A DNA stretch of 62,585 nt, filler included, from Basidiobolus ranarum (lineage: Eukaryota), in assembly GCA_040143965.1 (NCBI GenBank). It is 2 parts of 2 records of this genome, joined end to end, with 100 filler letters (N's around TTAATTAATTAA, not from the genome) between each part and the next. Parts side by side here need not be neighbours in the genome. Positions count along the whole stretch, not along the records: positions 1 to 31,360 come from JASJQH010000090.1; 1 more part is not named here. One strand, 5' to 3'. How positions within the stretch are numbered: position 1 is the first letter of the stretch; each line of letters begins with the position of its first letter. Both the position numbers and the translations under genes were made by a program. This document shows, piece by piece, positions 1-17,217 of this stretch. A model generated the notes under the pieces. That model did no database searches and was not told the origin of the DNA. It saw only the letters and a program-made list of their open reading frames with translations.

Positions 1-232
1 AGCTTGGTCAAAGACGACCAAGTTGTTGGCCTTGTCCTTGCCCTTTCCCTTGGACCACTTCTTCTTGGTCTTCTTTCCACCGGAGGTAGGCTTAGCGGGA
101 GCGTCTTTCTTGGCCTAAAATGGTTCAGAGTTTTGTGAGTCAGACTATTCAATCCATACTAGTATACAGGCATCCATCCATCTGATGTTATGAACGTGAC
201 CACACTAAATAATCCAAAAGTATACGTACCAT
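1..232 (-). CDS. RPS25: 40S ribosomal protein eS25, copy 1 (3' part runs off window start); ATG-only first exon plus intron
   Basis: ATG at 232-230, GTACGT donor, TAG acceptor, exon from 114 reads [38 protein letters not shown]; nearly identical to the copy at 18496-18920. Confidence 0.9.
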
Positions 233-713
233 GTTGACCTATATTGTGACAGAGAGAGATACTAAAATGACATGTTGAGTCTTTAAAAGCTCCGTACCTC
301 ATTGAACTTTTTTTTTTTGACCACCAAATCTGTGCTTTATTTTGGACCAGGGTAAAGTACGGAAAATTTTTCACATTGAAATCGCGCTATACTCAACCTA
401 ATCATGTTTATCAGAATTATCATTAAAATATGTTGATTCTACCCTCATTGTACCCTTATTGGAAAGATGAATGTAAACGCCGTTTGTTCTATTTATATTG
501 CTGAAGAGTCATTGCTTGGTTTCAGGAAGGCGTATGGGGTTTGAGTAGAGTGAATAATGATATAAATATTCTGGATAATTTATTATGTTTCGGAGACTAT
601 AAGACATATGAAAATGGTCGAAGCATGGCCCCGCAAACTTCAGGGATAAAACGACATGATGTGTGCTAAATATAGGTAGTTTGGTAAAGTGAGGTGGAAT
701 GTACATGATGAAA

Positions 714-2225
714 TTATTCATCTTGTAGATCAGTATAATCGATCTTTTCTAACAGTGTATTATGAATGGCGACAAGTGCTTTTTCGGATTTTCTCTCTTC
801 AATAACACATGAAATGTTGATCTCCGATGATCCTTGTGAAATCATCTCAATGTTGACTTGGGCATCGGCTAATGTAGAGAATAATAATCCAGAAATTCCT
901 ACCATATTACGCATCTGCTTACCAACTAAGCTTAAGATGGCCATTTCCTTCATGACATCAACTCGGCCAAGTTTATCCAGTTCAACAAGTGCACCTTCAA
1001 GACTGCGCTCAAGGACATTAGCTCCCAAAGCCATGGATACATGAACTTCACTTGTAGAAATCAAATCGATAATAATTCCATATCGATCTAAAACGGAAAA
1101 GATGTTGGCCAGAAAACCATGAGAGACGGACTTTCGATTGGAATGAACGTTGAGTACAATAACGTTATCCTTGATGGTGACTGCTGTAGGGTGTCTCCTA
1201 GACAAGTCCAATTGATAACCGTTTTCAAGTAAAAATTTAGGAGCCGGTGGTGGACTGCCTCCTTTACTAGACATACTATCGGGGAAGATAATGGTTCCAT
1301 TTCCAGTAGGATTCTGAACATTCTTAATACGAATTGGAATTTGGGCGCGGATGACTTGCTCCATGGTGAAAGGATGGATAACTTCGGAGCCGTAGTAGGT
1401 CAACTCAGCCGCTTCTTCTGGAGTGATGATATTAAGGAGACGAGCATTGGGCACTTTACGGGGATCGGCAGTAAAAATACCATCGACTTCTTTCCATACT
1501 TGAAGTTCTTCGGCTTGAAGGCCCACAGCACATAAAGCAGCGGTAAGATCAGTATATCCTCTACCAATACTATGTAAGATACCACCAGGAACTGAACCAA
1601 AATAGCCAGTAACAACTGGTACTCTGTCTCCACAATTTTCGACACAACCAGCGAATCTGTCGGCCAAGTAATCATAGAAAGTCTGATCAAGCTTACCAGC
1701 CTCAAAGTGCTGATCCACAACTCTTTCTAGGGAAACATATTGAGCGTCAACGCTCTTGTCTCTTAAGGCTCCAGCAACAAAGATACATGCAAGTTTTTCA
1801 CCGCAACCGATAATAATATCTTTTGATCTAGGAGAAACTTCATCAATGACCTCAGCTGCCTTCAAGAATGCTTTAAGTTTGGAGCATTCGACAGTCAAGT
1901 CCTGGATAACTTGCTGGCGAATCTGGGTATTATGAATAGTCGAATTGACTGCTTCGAGATGGTCTTCCAGAATATCTTGAACAATGTCAAGATGGTTTTT
2001 GGAGCCAGAAAGAAGAACTTCCTCGGAGGCATCGATAAGTCTACTGGTGGTACCTTTGGACTTAACATTACCACTTCTAGCCGAGCATACGACCACCACA
2101 CGGTGAGTCTCTATAGCACCTTTGACGATAACATTGGTAATTTGGTTTAAGAACTTACCGATACTTGTACCGCCGAATTTTAATATCAACCAAGGTTTAT
2201 TTTCAGGGTTTGAGCTAAGAGTCAT
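714..2225 (-). CDS. HOM3: Aspartokinase with C-terminal ACT domains, intronless
   Basis: KFGGTS, GRGYTDLTA, WKEVDGIFTADPRKV, ELTYYGSEVIHP, SEINISCVI motifs; likely start MTLSSNP at 2225 rather than the ORF-track start 2507. Confidence 0.95.
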   Translation of the reverse strand: MTLSSNPENKPWLILKFGGTSIGKFLNQITNVIVKGAIETHRVVVVCSARSGNVKSKGTTSRLIDASEEVLLSGSKNHLDIVQDILEDHLEAVNSTIHNTQIRQQVIQDLTVECSKLKAFLKAAEVIDEVSPRSKDIIIGCGEKLACIFVAGALRDKSVDAQYVSLERVVDQHFEAGKLDQTFYDYLADRFAGCVENCGDRVPVVTGYFGSVPGGILHSIGRGYTDLTAALCAVGLQAEELQVWKEVDGIFTADPRKVPNARLLNIITPEEAAELTYYGSEVIHPFTMEQVIRAQIPIRIKNVQNPTGNGTIIFPDSMSSKGGSPPPAPKFLLENGYQLDLSRRHPTAVTIKDNVIVLNVHSNRKSVSHGFLANIFSVLDRYGIIIDLISTSEVHVSMALGANVLERSLEGALVELDKLGRVDVMKEMAILSLVGKQMRNMVGISGLLFSTLADAQVNIEMISQGSSEINISCVIEERKSEKALVAIHNTLLEKIDYTDLQDE

Positions 2226-2426
2226 TTTAAGAAATGGAGTGATGTTTAAATGGTAGGAGCTAGCGAGGTGATGCGGATCCCAGGACAATAGGGAAAATAG
2301 TAAAGAGAGTAGATGACTACTAAGAGACTTATATAGGATATTGTTTGTTGCGTTGGTGATAAATATGGATTGCGGAGAATGAATCAGATACGCGATTATC
2401 TTGAGGGCATAATTAGCTCCTTTGAG

Positions 2427-2676
2427 TGACTCATTTTGTCTCTTAAGGGGATTAGTACTTCCATTGGCTATTTGGCTAATCTCGTTAGTTCTAGTTAGGT
2501 AAATCATAGCAATTGAATAAGAAGCTATTTATTGGGTAGATAGTTGTGCCAAGTTGTCATTGATTCTACAGATAAGAAGTGATAGACATGAGGCTCTTTC
2601 TCCCCAAGCGGATGGGGAAACATCGGTGCATAGGCGCACATGTGTTGTTCATTTCCAAGTTACCACTATTGACTCA
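2427..2676. promoter_or_regulatory. Two TGACTCA (Gcn4/CpcA-type) sites upstream of aspartokinase
   Basis: TGACTCA at 2427-2433 and 2670-2676, within about 450 nt upstream of the likely ATG. Confidence 0.45.
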
Positions 2677-3450
2677 TGTAGACTCAGCAGGCAAACGAGG
2701 GAGATGGTGTGTGCTACATTCCAACGAACCCTCATCGGAGAGGCCTTTGTAGTCTCCATTTCATCTAGTACCTGACTTCTAGAATCTACCACTTATTTCG
2801 TCACCATTACCTGAATATAGATAAAGCGGATAAGATAGGAATACAAGTGCAACTAATCTGATTTTGATCACATGAATTTATATCACAGTTGTAGCAGAGA
2901 GTGATCACCCTATCAAATCCACATCTTTACATCCGAAGAAGCCATGTGAACCCTAGCCGAGATTGTTACAGGTCAAGATGTACCACTCAAGTACAGTTAT
3001 TACCCGAAACAACAACAATTTGTCGATCTGAGAAATCAGTTACACCAATCATTGGGAGGTTCTTCAAGTCGCGTGCAGAGATGGAAGCATCTCATCATTT
3101 TCAAAACACTCAACGTGAAGAGGCGGCGGCTGAGTGATAGACAGAAACTCTTGCTTTACAAGTTTTATGGATGGAAATCTTCCCACATGCCGATCAATTA
3201 CCATATGAATTATGACAAGTGAGGTGCTTTACGTGATACTGATCTATACGAAATAAAACTTTATTTGCTGTAATAAAAAAAACATGGATCTGGTTAGCTT
3301 CAATTGAATAACTCCGGACGATTTCGGATGAGCTACCATATTCTACAATAGCAGAATAGCAATAGAGAAGGTACGATATTAAATGGTTCTAAATAAAATT
3401 TAAGCAATACATTTCAAACCACAATATAGTACATCCTGTTTGGTAGCATC

Positions 3451-5786
3451 TTATGAAGGTGGTGGAGGTGGTGGGGGAGATACTTCAGGAGGTGGTTGAG
3501 GGGAATCCTAGATGAAGAGTATCAGTATATATGTCATATTTTTAATTCTGAGCTCTTTAGTGTTCTTACCGTACTGGCGCCTGGAGGTGGGGGTGGCTGA
3601 TATGTTGCGGTTTGAGGATAGGTACCATAGCCTTCGTACGACACGTAGGCGGCTGCACTTGGGTCAGGTGCATAGTTACCATACACACCCGAGTATGAAG
3701 GATAAGACGAACCAGGTGGTGGCGCGTAGCCATAATTCCAGGCAGGAGCAGCACCGGCTACATCTAGATTGGCAGAAGATAAATTTCGTGTTTTTGGATT
3801 AGTCCCTTTCTACTCGATCACTTACTTGGAGGTGGCTGTACCCACCCAGTGGGGGGAGAGCCCGCGGGTGGAAGTGGTGCAGCGGCTGCAGCATCAAGGG
3901 GTCCGTAATGACCCTATAAAATTAGTGATTAGTAGTTGGTTCGAATGATAATACTAAAGTAAGACTTACAGTTAATCCAGGTGGAGGAGGAATTGATTCA
4001 CCATATGGTCTAGCGGGTGCTGCACCTTCAGGAACATTCTCACCTAACTCGGCCATTAAACTTAAATATTCATGATCCAGCTGTTGATCTCTTTGTCTAG
4101 CCTGCTCTAATGCCTCTGGGTTGTTTCGTTGGATACAATCTCTGGCTGTATGACCAACGCCGTTACAAATACGGCATACCAAGTTGACAGTGAAATTTTG
4201 AGTATCAGGGCATTCATATTTACGATGTCCAACACCTCCACAATTAGTACATGTTTGGTTCTCGTCGTCACGAAGGGTACCGTTAAGAGCAGCCAACTCT
4301 CTAAGTTGCTGACGCTTGAGCTCATTTTGCCCTTCAGGTACAGAAGAAGACTAAAAAACGTTTAGTAAATTACACATCAACCAATTCAACAAATAACAGT
4401 GCTTACAGTTTCAATAATTTTGTTAATCATTTTGATAGCCTTCTTGACTTTTTCTTCGTCATCAGCAGTAATCAAACAATGTAAATCTTCATCTTGTCCA
4501 GGAGCCATGGCACCGTCTTGTCGAGATTTACCCTCTTTAACACTACCTTTACCACGAATACTGATTTTGGCATTGGATTCAGTCTCCATCTTCTTCAAAG
4601 TATTTCCTCTAGGACCAATAAGTAGACCAATAAAATTGATTTCAGGGTACTCTCTAGCTGGAATATACACCTTTTCTTGAATTTTAGTTGGTCTTTTGTA
4701 ATCAGCCGGTGGCTTGAATGTAGGATAATTCTTTATAGCACTCTCAATAATCTTAGTCCTTTCATCTTCGAACTTTTTCCTGTAGCGAAATTCACGAGTA
4801 TTGACACGCTTTCCGTCAGAATTATAAACTGGTTCTGGAGATGGAGATCTAAAAACCAAGGTTAAGTATAACGAAAGATTTTAGGAGAAATCTGTCAATT
4901 GTTTACCTCTCTGGCTCTGGTGGAATATAATCACCAGTGCGCAATTTACGATTGATCTCTTCCAAACGCATATAAACTATAAACACGTATTAGAGACTGT
5001 ACAAAGTTACATCAAGCTTTACGATACTGCTACTTACTGACATACAATTCCGATTGCTCTTTACTCATGTTTGAAGGGAGTACTGAGGGCATACCAGGAA
5101 TGCTGACCTTGTTAGTTTCATCTCCCCAACGACTGCGTCTTTTTCTTCTACGTCCTTCTCTTTCTTCTAATTAGAGGTTAGATGCAATGCAAAACGAGGA
5201 ATCAACCATGTCAAAAAAAAGAAGGATAAAACCAATTTAGTTTTAACAGGAATATTCAAAAGTTAAAAAAGAGAAAATCCAAGTGCTATTAAGAGATCGT
5301 ATGGGATCAGGTTAGCAGCTAAATATCTTTTTGAGGAAATCGAACTTTTTATGAGTAAGATAGGCGCTGAATTCGGTTCAAGTAGAATATTTTAGAAATT
5401 AATAAATAATTCTTTGCTTTTTTTGGTTTTCTTGAATAATACAGCGCTTCTCCCTTCGAAAAAAGAAATTTCCTCCCCATTAAACCGAAACCAAAGCTTT
5501 CGAAAAGTATGTAAAAAGAGTTTTTCGAGAGATCAAACTCTTGAAGTATCTATCTTTAGAGTGAAAAGTTACTGCAACACATTTTACCTGGTTGATCGTT
5601 GCTTCGTTGACGATCAGGTTCGTCTGAAGTAGGTGGTGGAGGTGGGGGCGGGGGTGGAGGAGAATGTGAAGGTGGAGAAGGTGGATGTGGAGAGAGTTGG
5701 TCTACGTCGTCATCATCGAAAAACTGGGATGCTCTGCTTCTCTTTCCTAGAGGGACTACGTTAGTGCCTGTTGGTTTCCAACCCAT
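3451..5786 (-). CDS. MSL5: Branchpoint-bridging protein SF1/BBP, multi-exon
   Basis: [27 protein letters not shown] domain ([16 protein letters not shown]), two CCHC knuckles, Pro-rich tail; GT-AG introns join in frame. Confidence 0.95.
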
Positions 5787-6075
5787 TTAGATTATTATCA
5801 CCAAATTGCACAGGTGTAATAAGTAAAGGAGCGACGATGATAGAAATGGTAATTTTAAACGTGTTAGCATGAGTATCAATTCGTGATATGTAAATTTACT
5901 TGAGACTAGAATTTTTTTGATCAATATTAGATGTAAGTTTCTTCAGAAAGAAGTAGTTTACGTTATCATTGATCAGTATCATCGCCATTTCATTCATCAT
6001 GCTATAAACAATGTAAGTATATTATGAACAGACTTGCCGTTATCGCTTAAGATTAGTAACGAGTTACAAAGTGAA

Positions 6076-10907
<4,832 letters not shown>

Positions 10908-11317
10908 TGTATTAAAGATTGTCACAAACAACTTGAAATTAAATGCACCTTTAAACACCCTATTTAAACTAAATAAACATGCCCCTATTTTACTCGTGCT
11001 CGATATTCGCCATACCATATCTTCCCATAGTCCCTTATCTTACTTTTTGAATCTTCACAGAACTTTAATAGCTAAATTGACACAAGAAAATCAATCAAGA
11101 GAACAGGTTCAACTACAACATTGCTTGTGTCTGTGGTAAAAGTATCTTACAAATAAATGCATTTTTTATACTAGCATTACTTTCGGATATCTTCATCAAC
11201 TTTAGCAAACAGTGAAGTTTTATTCGATCAATGAGTCATGCTTATATATTTACAAATTGGCAGGGATTGGAAGTATTTAAATATTGAAAAACAAAAGGAA
11301 AGGAAAGAAAAGAAGGT

Positions 11318-12058
11318 TTAAGGATGTTTTACCAATCTCATCATTTGCATGAACTTTTGCTGAGGTCTCTCCTTTTTGTCGATATGTTGGAGATGAGTTT
11401 TACGTTGTACGGTTTCCATAGTGACATTAGTAGGGGAATTCTTGCCAGTAAGGTAGTTAGTAGAATCCAGAAGTGGATCTAACTGAAGACAATATTCGAT
11501 AGGGAGTTCTTTGGTTGGTTTTCGCTTTAAGGGGTTTACACTGTTGGTATCAATTTCATTGAATTCAAAGGAGTTCATATCAAATTCCAACTTTGACAAG
11601 AGCTCATTGTCCATCTGAGCTTCTTCTAGGGAATCCCGTGAGACAACAGGTTGATTTTTGACTGAATTATTGTTCAATTTTCTTAGTTTAACGGGAGGAA
11701 AATTTCCATTTTCCTGATGTATAGAATCTATTTCCAATTCGAACGGATTATGAAGTTGATCCAAAGTTTCTAACTCACGTTGTCTCGTTTCCTCTAATGC
11801 CACTTCCACCTTACAACGATACTGTTCGGTCAAGCGTTTATCTTCTTCTATCTTGGCTTTTAACAATAAATCCATTATATCGGGACTATTACTAAACCTA
11901 TCAATGATCTCACGAAGGGAAATAGATACTTCATTTTGACTTGGGTCATCAAGGTTGAAAGCAAGTGTGTTGGGGGATAGCATAGAGTCTGTGGTGAGTG
12001 ATAGCGACCCGGTGAACAACCCACTACTTGGATCCCATTGAAGGCTTGGTAGACACAT
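11318..12058 (-). CDS. Hypothetical 246-aa protein with a short coiled-coil segment
   Basis: ATG-initiated ORF; helical segment LREIIDRFSNSPDIMDLLLKAKIEEDKRLTE; no recognised domain. Confidence 0.6.
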   Translation of the reverse strand: MCLPSLQWDPSSGLFTGSLSLTTDSMLSPNTLAFNLDDPSQNEVSISLREIIDRFSNSPDIMDLLLKAKIEEDKRLTEQYRCKVEVALEETRQRELETLDQLHNPFELEIDSIHQENGNFPPVKLRKLNNNSVKNQPVVSRDSLEEAQMDNELLSKLEFDMNSFEFNEIDTNSVNPLKRKPTKELPIEYCLQLDPLLDSTNYLTGKNSPTNVTMETVQRKTHLQHIDKKERPQQKFMQMMRLVKHP

Positions 12059-12932
12059 AAAGTAATCAATGCCCTTTGTTGGAGGTCTTAAGAGTAGAGA
12101 AATTGAAAAACTGTAAATATGCAGTGATGGTCAACAAAGGGAGCATCCCAAGGAAGACTGTCAATGAGGATTTGGTGAAAGATTGAGGAGGTGGAATGAT
12201 TTGTACGATATATAAATACTTTCCAATCTTGATTCGGGTTCCATAGATTTGTGAAGGTCTATGGAAACATTGAATTCGACTTGAAAGAACTCTTTAGAAT
12301 CCATATTCGGAAGAGTGGCCACCCTGATTGACCATTGGATTAGCGGCTTATTTCTGTCTAGAAGCCAGACCTCCGATTTGCTTTTGATAGAGGTCACAAT
12401 ATAACATTACTATCGACGCTAATTGACAATAAAATTCGGGCCTATGTGTCGCATATTTGGATGAATTTCCGTCGTGACTTACTAGAAACAGAGGGTCCTC
12501 CTCATCCTAGAGGACACCAAGAATAATATTCGAATTAGGCCAAATCTAATCAAAATGGTGCTATCTTGTCCTATTTCAATCAAGGCTCTAGGTGGTCTTA
12601 ATAAAGCAGTATATTTATGAATAGATAATTCCAAAATGAATCGTTCGAAATGATCTATTCTAGATGTTGTAAATGTGTAGGAATTTAGAGGTAAAAAAAA
12701 GAGAAAATAGAAAATAGAAAATCAACTATCTCAGGAATAGATTAAAATATCAACCGAGCATGGTTTCTTGTGTAAAAGGAGTTGAAGCAGGTTGAATAAA
12801 GAATTGCCGGCGTTGGGATAATAATTAGTAGTAGATTATGAACAAGAAAAAAGGTTCAGAAGTGACGTTGGTAATAAACCAATACAGATAAGAACGAATA
12901 CCACTGATGGGAATCAATTCAGAATTCTTTAT

Positions 12933-14667
12933 CTATTCCGTAGATATATCATCTTGGGAATCCAATAGACTGTACTGTTTAGTCAATACACATTCCCCAC
13001 CACTTTCCAAATCAATGTTGTATTGGTACAGATAACCATCCGAGGTGACCACCATAACTTGAGGAGTGGAGCTAACACAGAATAATACAATGATTAACAA
13101 ATTCATATTACTAAAAATCAAATCTTGCCAGCTAACCTGCTAATAGCAACAATGCTCCGAACACCGGCACTGGGCAGTTTAAGATAAGCAAAGTCCCTGG
13201 CAGGCTCCCACATTTCAGTCAACGCATCAGGAAGAAGAGCCCCGACATTTCCTGCTATCTTCTTGTGAAACGAGGTTCTACGAATGGCCTCACTAGAGAA
13301 CAGTGGAAAACAAAAGACCGTTAATCCAACTTTCATCAGGAATCATAGAAGACACAGCAACTTACGCTACTCCGGATCCTGCTGTATGTCTTCTGGATAA
13401 TCTTTGACTAGATTCATCTCCATTGATGCCATCTTTTCCGCCATTCTCGTCATTTTTGGATAGTTTAAAAATATGTACGGTCTCGGTGTCGCTTGAAACA
13501 CTCAACAATGTACTAACGATATTGAACGAAATGGAATAAATACGAGCAGGATAGGAACCACGCCTAAATTGGTAGAGTCTTTGGAAATTAGGTAGAGAGA
13601 AAACTCGAATCACAGTTCCCTAAATAAATAATCGAATCCAAGTTAAAAAATGGGCTCATGAAATTTAAAACTCTGGCATTACTGACTTTATCACTCGCAG
13701 TGGCCACCATATTACCATCAGAACTAACGGAAATAGATGAGACGGGGCTCTTGTGTGCCTGAATGTAATTAACATTTTGAAGAGAAACAGTATCAAAGCA
13801 CAGAATATCGCCAGAGGAAGAACCATGACTAGCAGCCACAGCTGGTGAAGAGAAAGGTGAAGAAGGTGAGGGGGAGGGCGATGGATAAACCAGATAACTG
13901 TTATCATTCGATGGAGATAACGCACACACCGCTAAGAAATAATTGAATACTGAGTTGGTAATTTGAATTGGACAAAGACATTGATATGAATTCAATTACC
14001 ATGAGGGTTTGGGCTAGTTTCGATTATGTGAAGGAGTTTCATATTACTTATATCATAAACATAAATCTGCTCTTCTAGTACAACCACAAGTCGACGACGA
14101 TTAAGTTTCACAGACAATATGGTAGTAGGAAAGGTAAGTTCACAAATAGTGGATTCCCGCTTAAGATAAAAAAGAGTAAAGTTTAGATACAAGTAATGCA
14201 TGAACAATAAAGGTTCTTTAAACCTTGGTATTAGCAATTTGTAAGCGTCTAGGGGAAAAGGCAGGCTGCTCACCAGCTCCAACTAAAGCGACGAGAGATG
14301 TACAAAATAACATTTCAACTACGCCGACGCCACCATCAGCTATTTAAATTGAACAACGAGGCTTAGTAAGATGGAAAGGTACGCTCTTCTGAAGATAATG
14401 GAAAATGGTAGACAGTAAAGGGGTTAATAACAACCCTCACAGGCTATGTACTTACATTTTGAGTAACATTTTCCAAAAGGATCACAATTGTATATCTTAT
14501 ATCCATTTCTAGTTCCAGCCGAGATGCAACTAAAAGCCCACAATATAAAAGGGTAATGGAATTAACAAGGCTAAATTTAACAACATAAATCAATTGGTTA
14601 CTAACCTAAAGTCTTGGTTGAAGTTTAAGAAGAGTAATTCGTTGTTGGATTTATTTCCCAGATTCAT
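12933..14667 (-). CDS. ATG18: PROPPIN autophagy protein Atg18/WIPI, multi-exon
   Basis: LNFNQDF start, [24 protein letters not shown] (FRRG motif), [19 protein letters not shown]. Confidence 0.95.
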
Positions 14668-15410
14668 GATGGGTAGGACTAAGGACTATACAACTATCGA
14701 TTAAAGAGATAACTCTTACAAACGAAATTTGGTACCGTTGATTTAGGTCACATTAAAAATATTATTATACATTCAAATGCCACTATGCATGACGAAATAT
14801 AGAATCCATTTGACACGTTTAATACGGTTCCATCTAATGTATGCCCCATTTTAAGTTTGGTTTTAAACATGGTTACTACCTAACATTCCGGTTGCTTAAT
14901 TTGTTTTGATTACAATTGTGTTGGTATAGAATTTTAGTGTAAGACTTCACCAGAGCTATATCGAAAGACTGAACTGGTTTATGGACCTACACTCGACCCA
15001 CAATGGAGTCTGATCCTCTAAAGCTACACTAGCGCAAGAAGATAATTCTGCAACTGTTCAAGACAGTTGGAGTATTCCTTGCGACTCTGTGCGCTTATAG
15101 ACATACTTTCACCACAAGTAATTCATTTGCTTTTGTTAGATTGGGATGGCCATATAAACTTATGGGTTATCATTAAACTTTCTCGAGTCGATCGATAATC
15201 TTTGGATGATTTAGTAAGCTTCGACTCGTAAAGTATATAAGGATTTTAGTTTACAATTTGATCAATATTATCCGTTTATAATAATCATTCATAATAATTA
15301 AAAAATCCAACTCATTTTCAAAATGAAAATTTTTGGTCATTAAGGAAAAAGCGTCTTAGACCGAGTAAAGTACGAGTTTCAACCAGGATTGCCACCCTAA
15401 CGTACACACC

Positions 15411-16592
15411 ATGTCCTTAATTTGGAGAAATACTGCTTCATTTTTGACATCACATGGAAGAAATGCTACTTTATTCAATGGCATTTACCGACAAATGCCC
15501 AAATGCTTTGCAACGAAGACTGGTCTACAGGAGTTATTGTCCATAGAAAACGATAATACTGAGAACTTAGAGCTTCCTGCCACAGCTCCAAGGGAGGTTC
15601 TCACCATTAACAAAGCAATCTGGGATCGAGACCCCAACAGTACTTGGACATTGTATCGGATGTTAGAAGACGTCAACAAACTGAATCTTCTATCACCTGA
15701 AGATCATAGCTTCGTGCTAGGAACTTTCAAACTTAAAAAGCATTTCAGTTCCGAGTATGTAGAGCAGTGCAAAGAACGCATTTTACACGTACTCGAAAAA
15801 CAGCATGAATTGGGCCACTCACTTGATATCCGTGATTACAATACAGTATTACAATTCTTTGGTGGTTTGGGTGATATCAACACTTGTGAGAAGATTTGGA
15901 GTCGAATCAAAGCGCACAAAATTCGTCCTAATATCTATTCCTACAATCTTTACCTCAAGTGCCAAGTACATGCTCGCAAAGGAGTCAAAGCCATTCAAAT
16001 TTTCGAAGAGATGTGTGACACTGGAGTAAAGCCTACAGATTTTACCTTCTCCTGTTTGATTGAGCTTTATGGACGTATTAACGAGATCGAGGGAGCTGAG
16101 CGTATTTTCAACGCAATGTTGGCAAGTCGAAAAGAACCAGAATCACTCTTCGTTCCCCCCAATTTGAACATCTACAACACCATGATTAAAGCCTACGGAC
16201 GTGCTAACCGCTTTCAAGATGCAGTCAAGACATTCAAGACTATGAGTAGAAATGGGATATCTCCCAATCTGAATTCCTTCAACTTCTTACTCTGCAGCCC
16301 TTATTGTGAGTGGAATTATGCCAAGAGTCTTTTCCACGATATGCAGAGGGCTCCGTTTGAATTGAACCCGGATTCCCAAACTTTCTACTATCTCATTAAA
16401 AGCAGTTGCATGAAAGGATATCTGATCGAGGCTATGGAACTCTTCAGTCTTATGCAAGACACGTACAAAGTTAAACCAGTTCGTAGAATCTATCGACTTC
16501 TGATTCGCGCTCACCGCCATAAAAAGTATACCAAGATTCGTGACCATCTCGAGAAGGAATATCATGACAGAAAGGCGGAACTGAGCCCTTAG
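15411..16592 (+). CDS. Pentatricopeptide-repeat protein, probably mitochondrial
   Basis: Repeated about 35-aa units (PNIYSYNLYL, PTDFTFSCLI, PNLNIYNTMIKAYGR, PNLNSFNFLL); basic N-terminal presequence-like segment. Confidence 0.88.
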   Translation: MSLIWRNTASFLTSHGRNATLFNGIYRQMPKCFATKTGLQELLSIENDNTENLELPATAPREVLTINKAIWDRDPNSTWTLYRMLEDVNKLNLLSPEDHSFVLGTFKLKKHFSSEYVEQCKERILHVLEKQHELGHSLDIRDYNTVLQFFGGLGDINTCEKIWSRIKAHKIRPNIYSYNLYLKCQVHARKGVKAIQIFEEMCDTGVKPTDFTFSCLIELYGRINEIEGAERIFNAMLASRKEPESLFVPPNLNIYNTMIKAYGRANRFQDAVKTFKTMSRNGISPNLNSFNFLLCSPYCEWNYAKSLFHDMQRAPFELNPDSQTFYYLIKSSCMKGYLIEAMELFSLMQDTYKVKPVRRIYRLLIRAHRHKKYTKIRDHLEKEYHDRKAELSP

Positions 16593-17217
16593 ATGTCTTT
16601 ACTTAATCTCCTAATGATCTCATGCTTAGTCACTTCATACAGCATTCGCATCTTCACTCATTACACATCAACTAGCTTTTCTACTTTTTCTTTTATTATA
16701 TGAATCGTGTACATCTCCTTTCACATCTCTTTCTCTCAGCCATTTCGACATTTTATTAGCATATAAACCATTGAATTCCACGATCCTCCATTCCGATGTA
16801 ATGATAGCGGACAGGCGGAATTCAATTAAAAGATCATACTGCTTTTCCCACACACTATCCTCAGGTATTGTCTACTAATGGGTAAACTGAGAGACGTTAC
16901 TTCGCTGGTATTAGGTGTTTTATTCTTTAAATGCTACGGAAAGAAAAAAATACACAAATAAAACTACAACTGGCTATCTATATATCGGGCAATAATATGG
17001 TTGAAGAGAGAAAGTGTACATTGGATGAACGTGACAAAATTAAAAGAGAAGGAAGTGTTTGGAAAAGGAGAGATGATTTGGGTGAGATTTGCGAGACTTT
17101 AGGTCAGGTGTAGAAAAAATATCGTAGAGTAGTTTAAAAAAAGTGCTTGTTATTACGCCCAATTGAATCTGAAAATAAGAGAAACTCTTTAAGAAATTGG
17201 TTTTGCAACATGTATGA

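Noticed and set aside
2226-2507. 94-codon N-terminal extension of aspartokinase in the ORF track
   Set aside because: Looks like AT-rich promoter/UTR containing a TATA-like element and a TGACTCA site; the family domain begins just after Met at 2225
14940-15200. Possible small membrane-protein gene between ATG18 and the PPR gene (RKKIILQLFKTVGVFLATLCAY)
   Set aside because: In-frame TAG precedes it and I could not build a consistent start or exon structure
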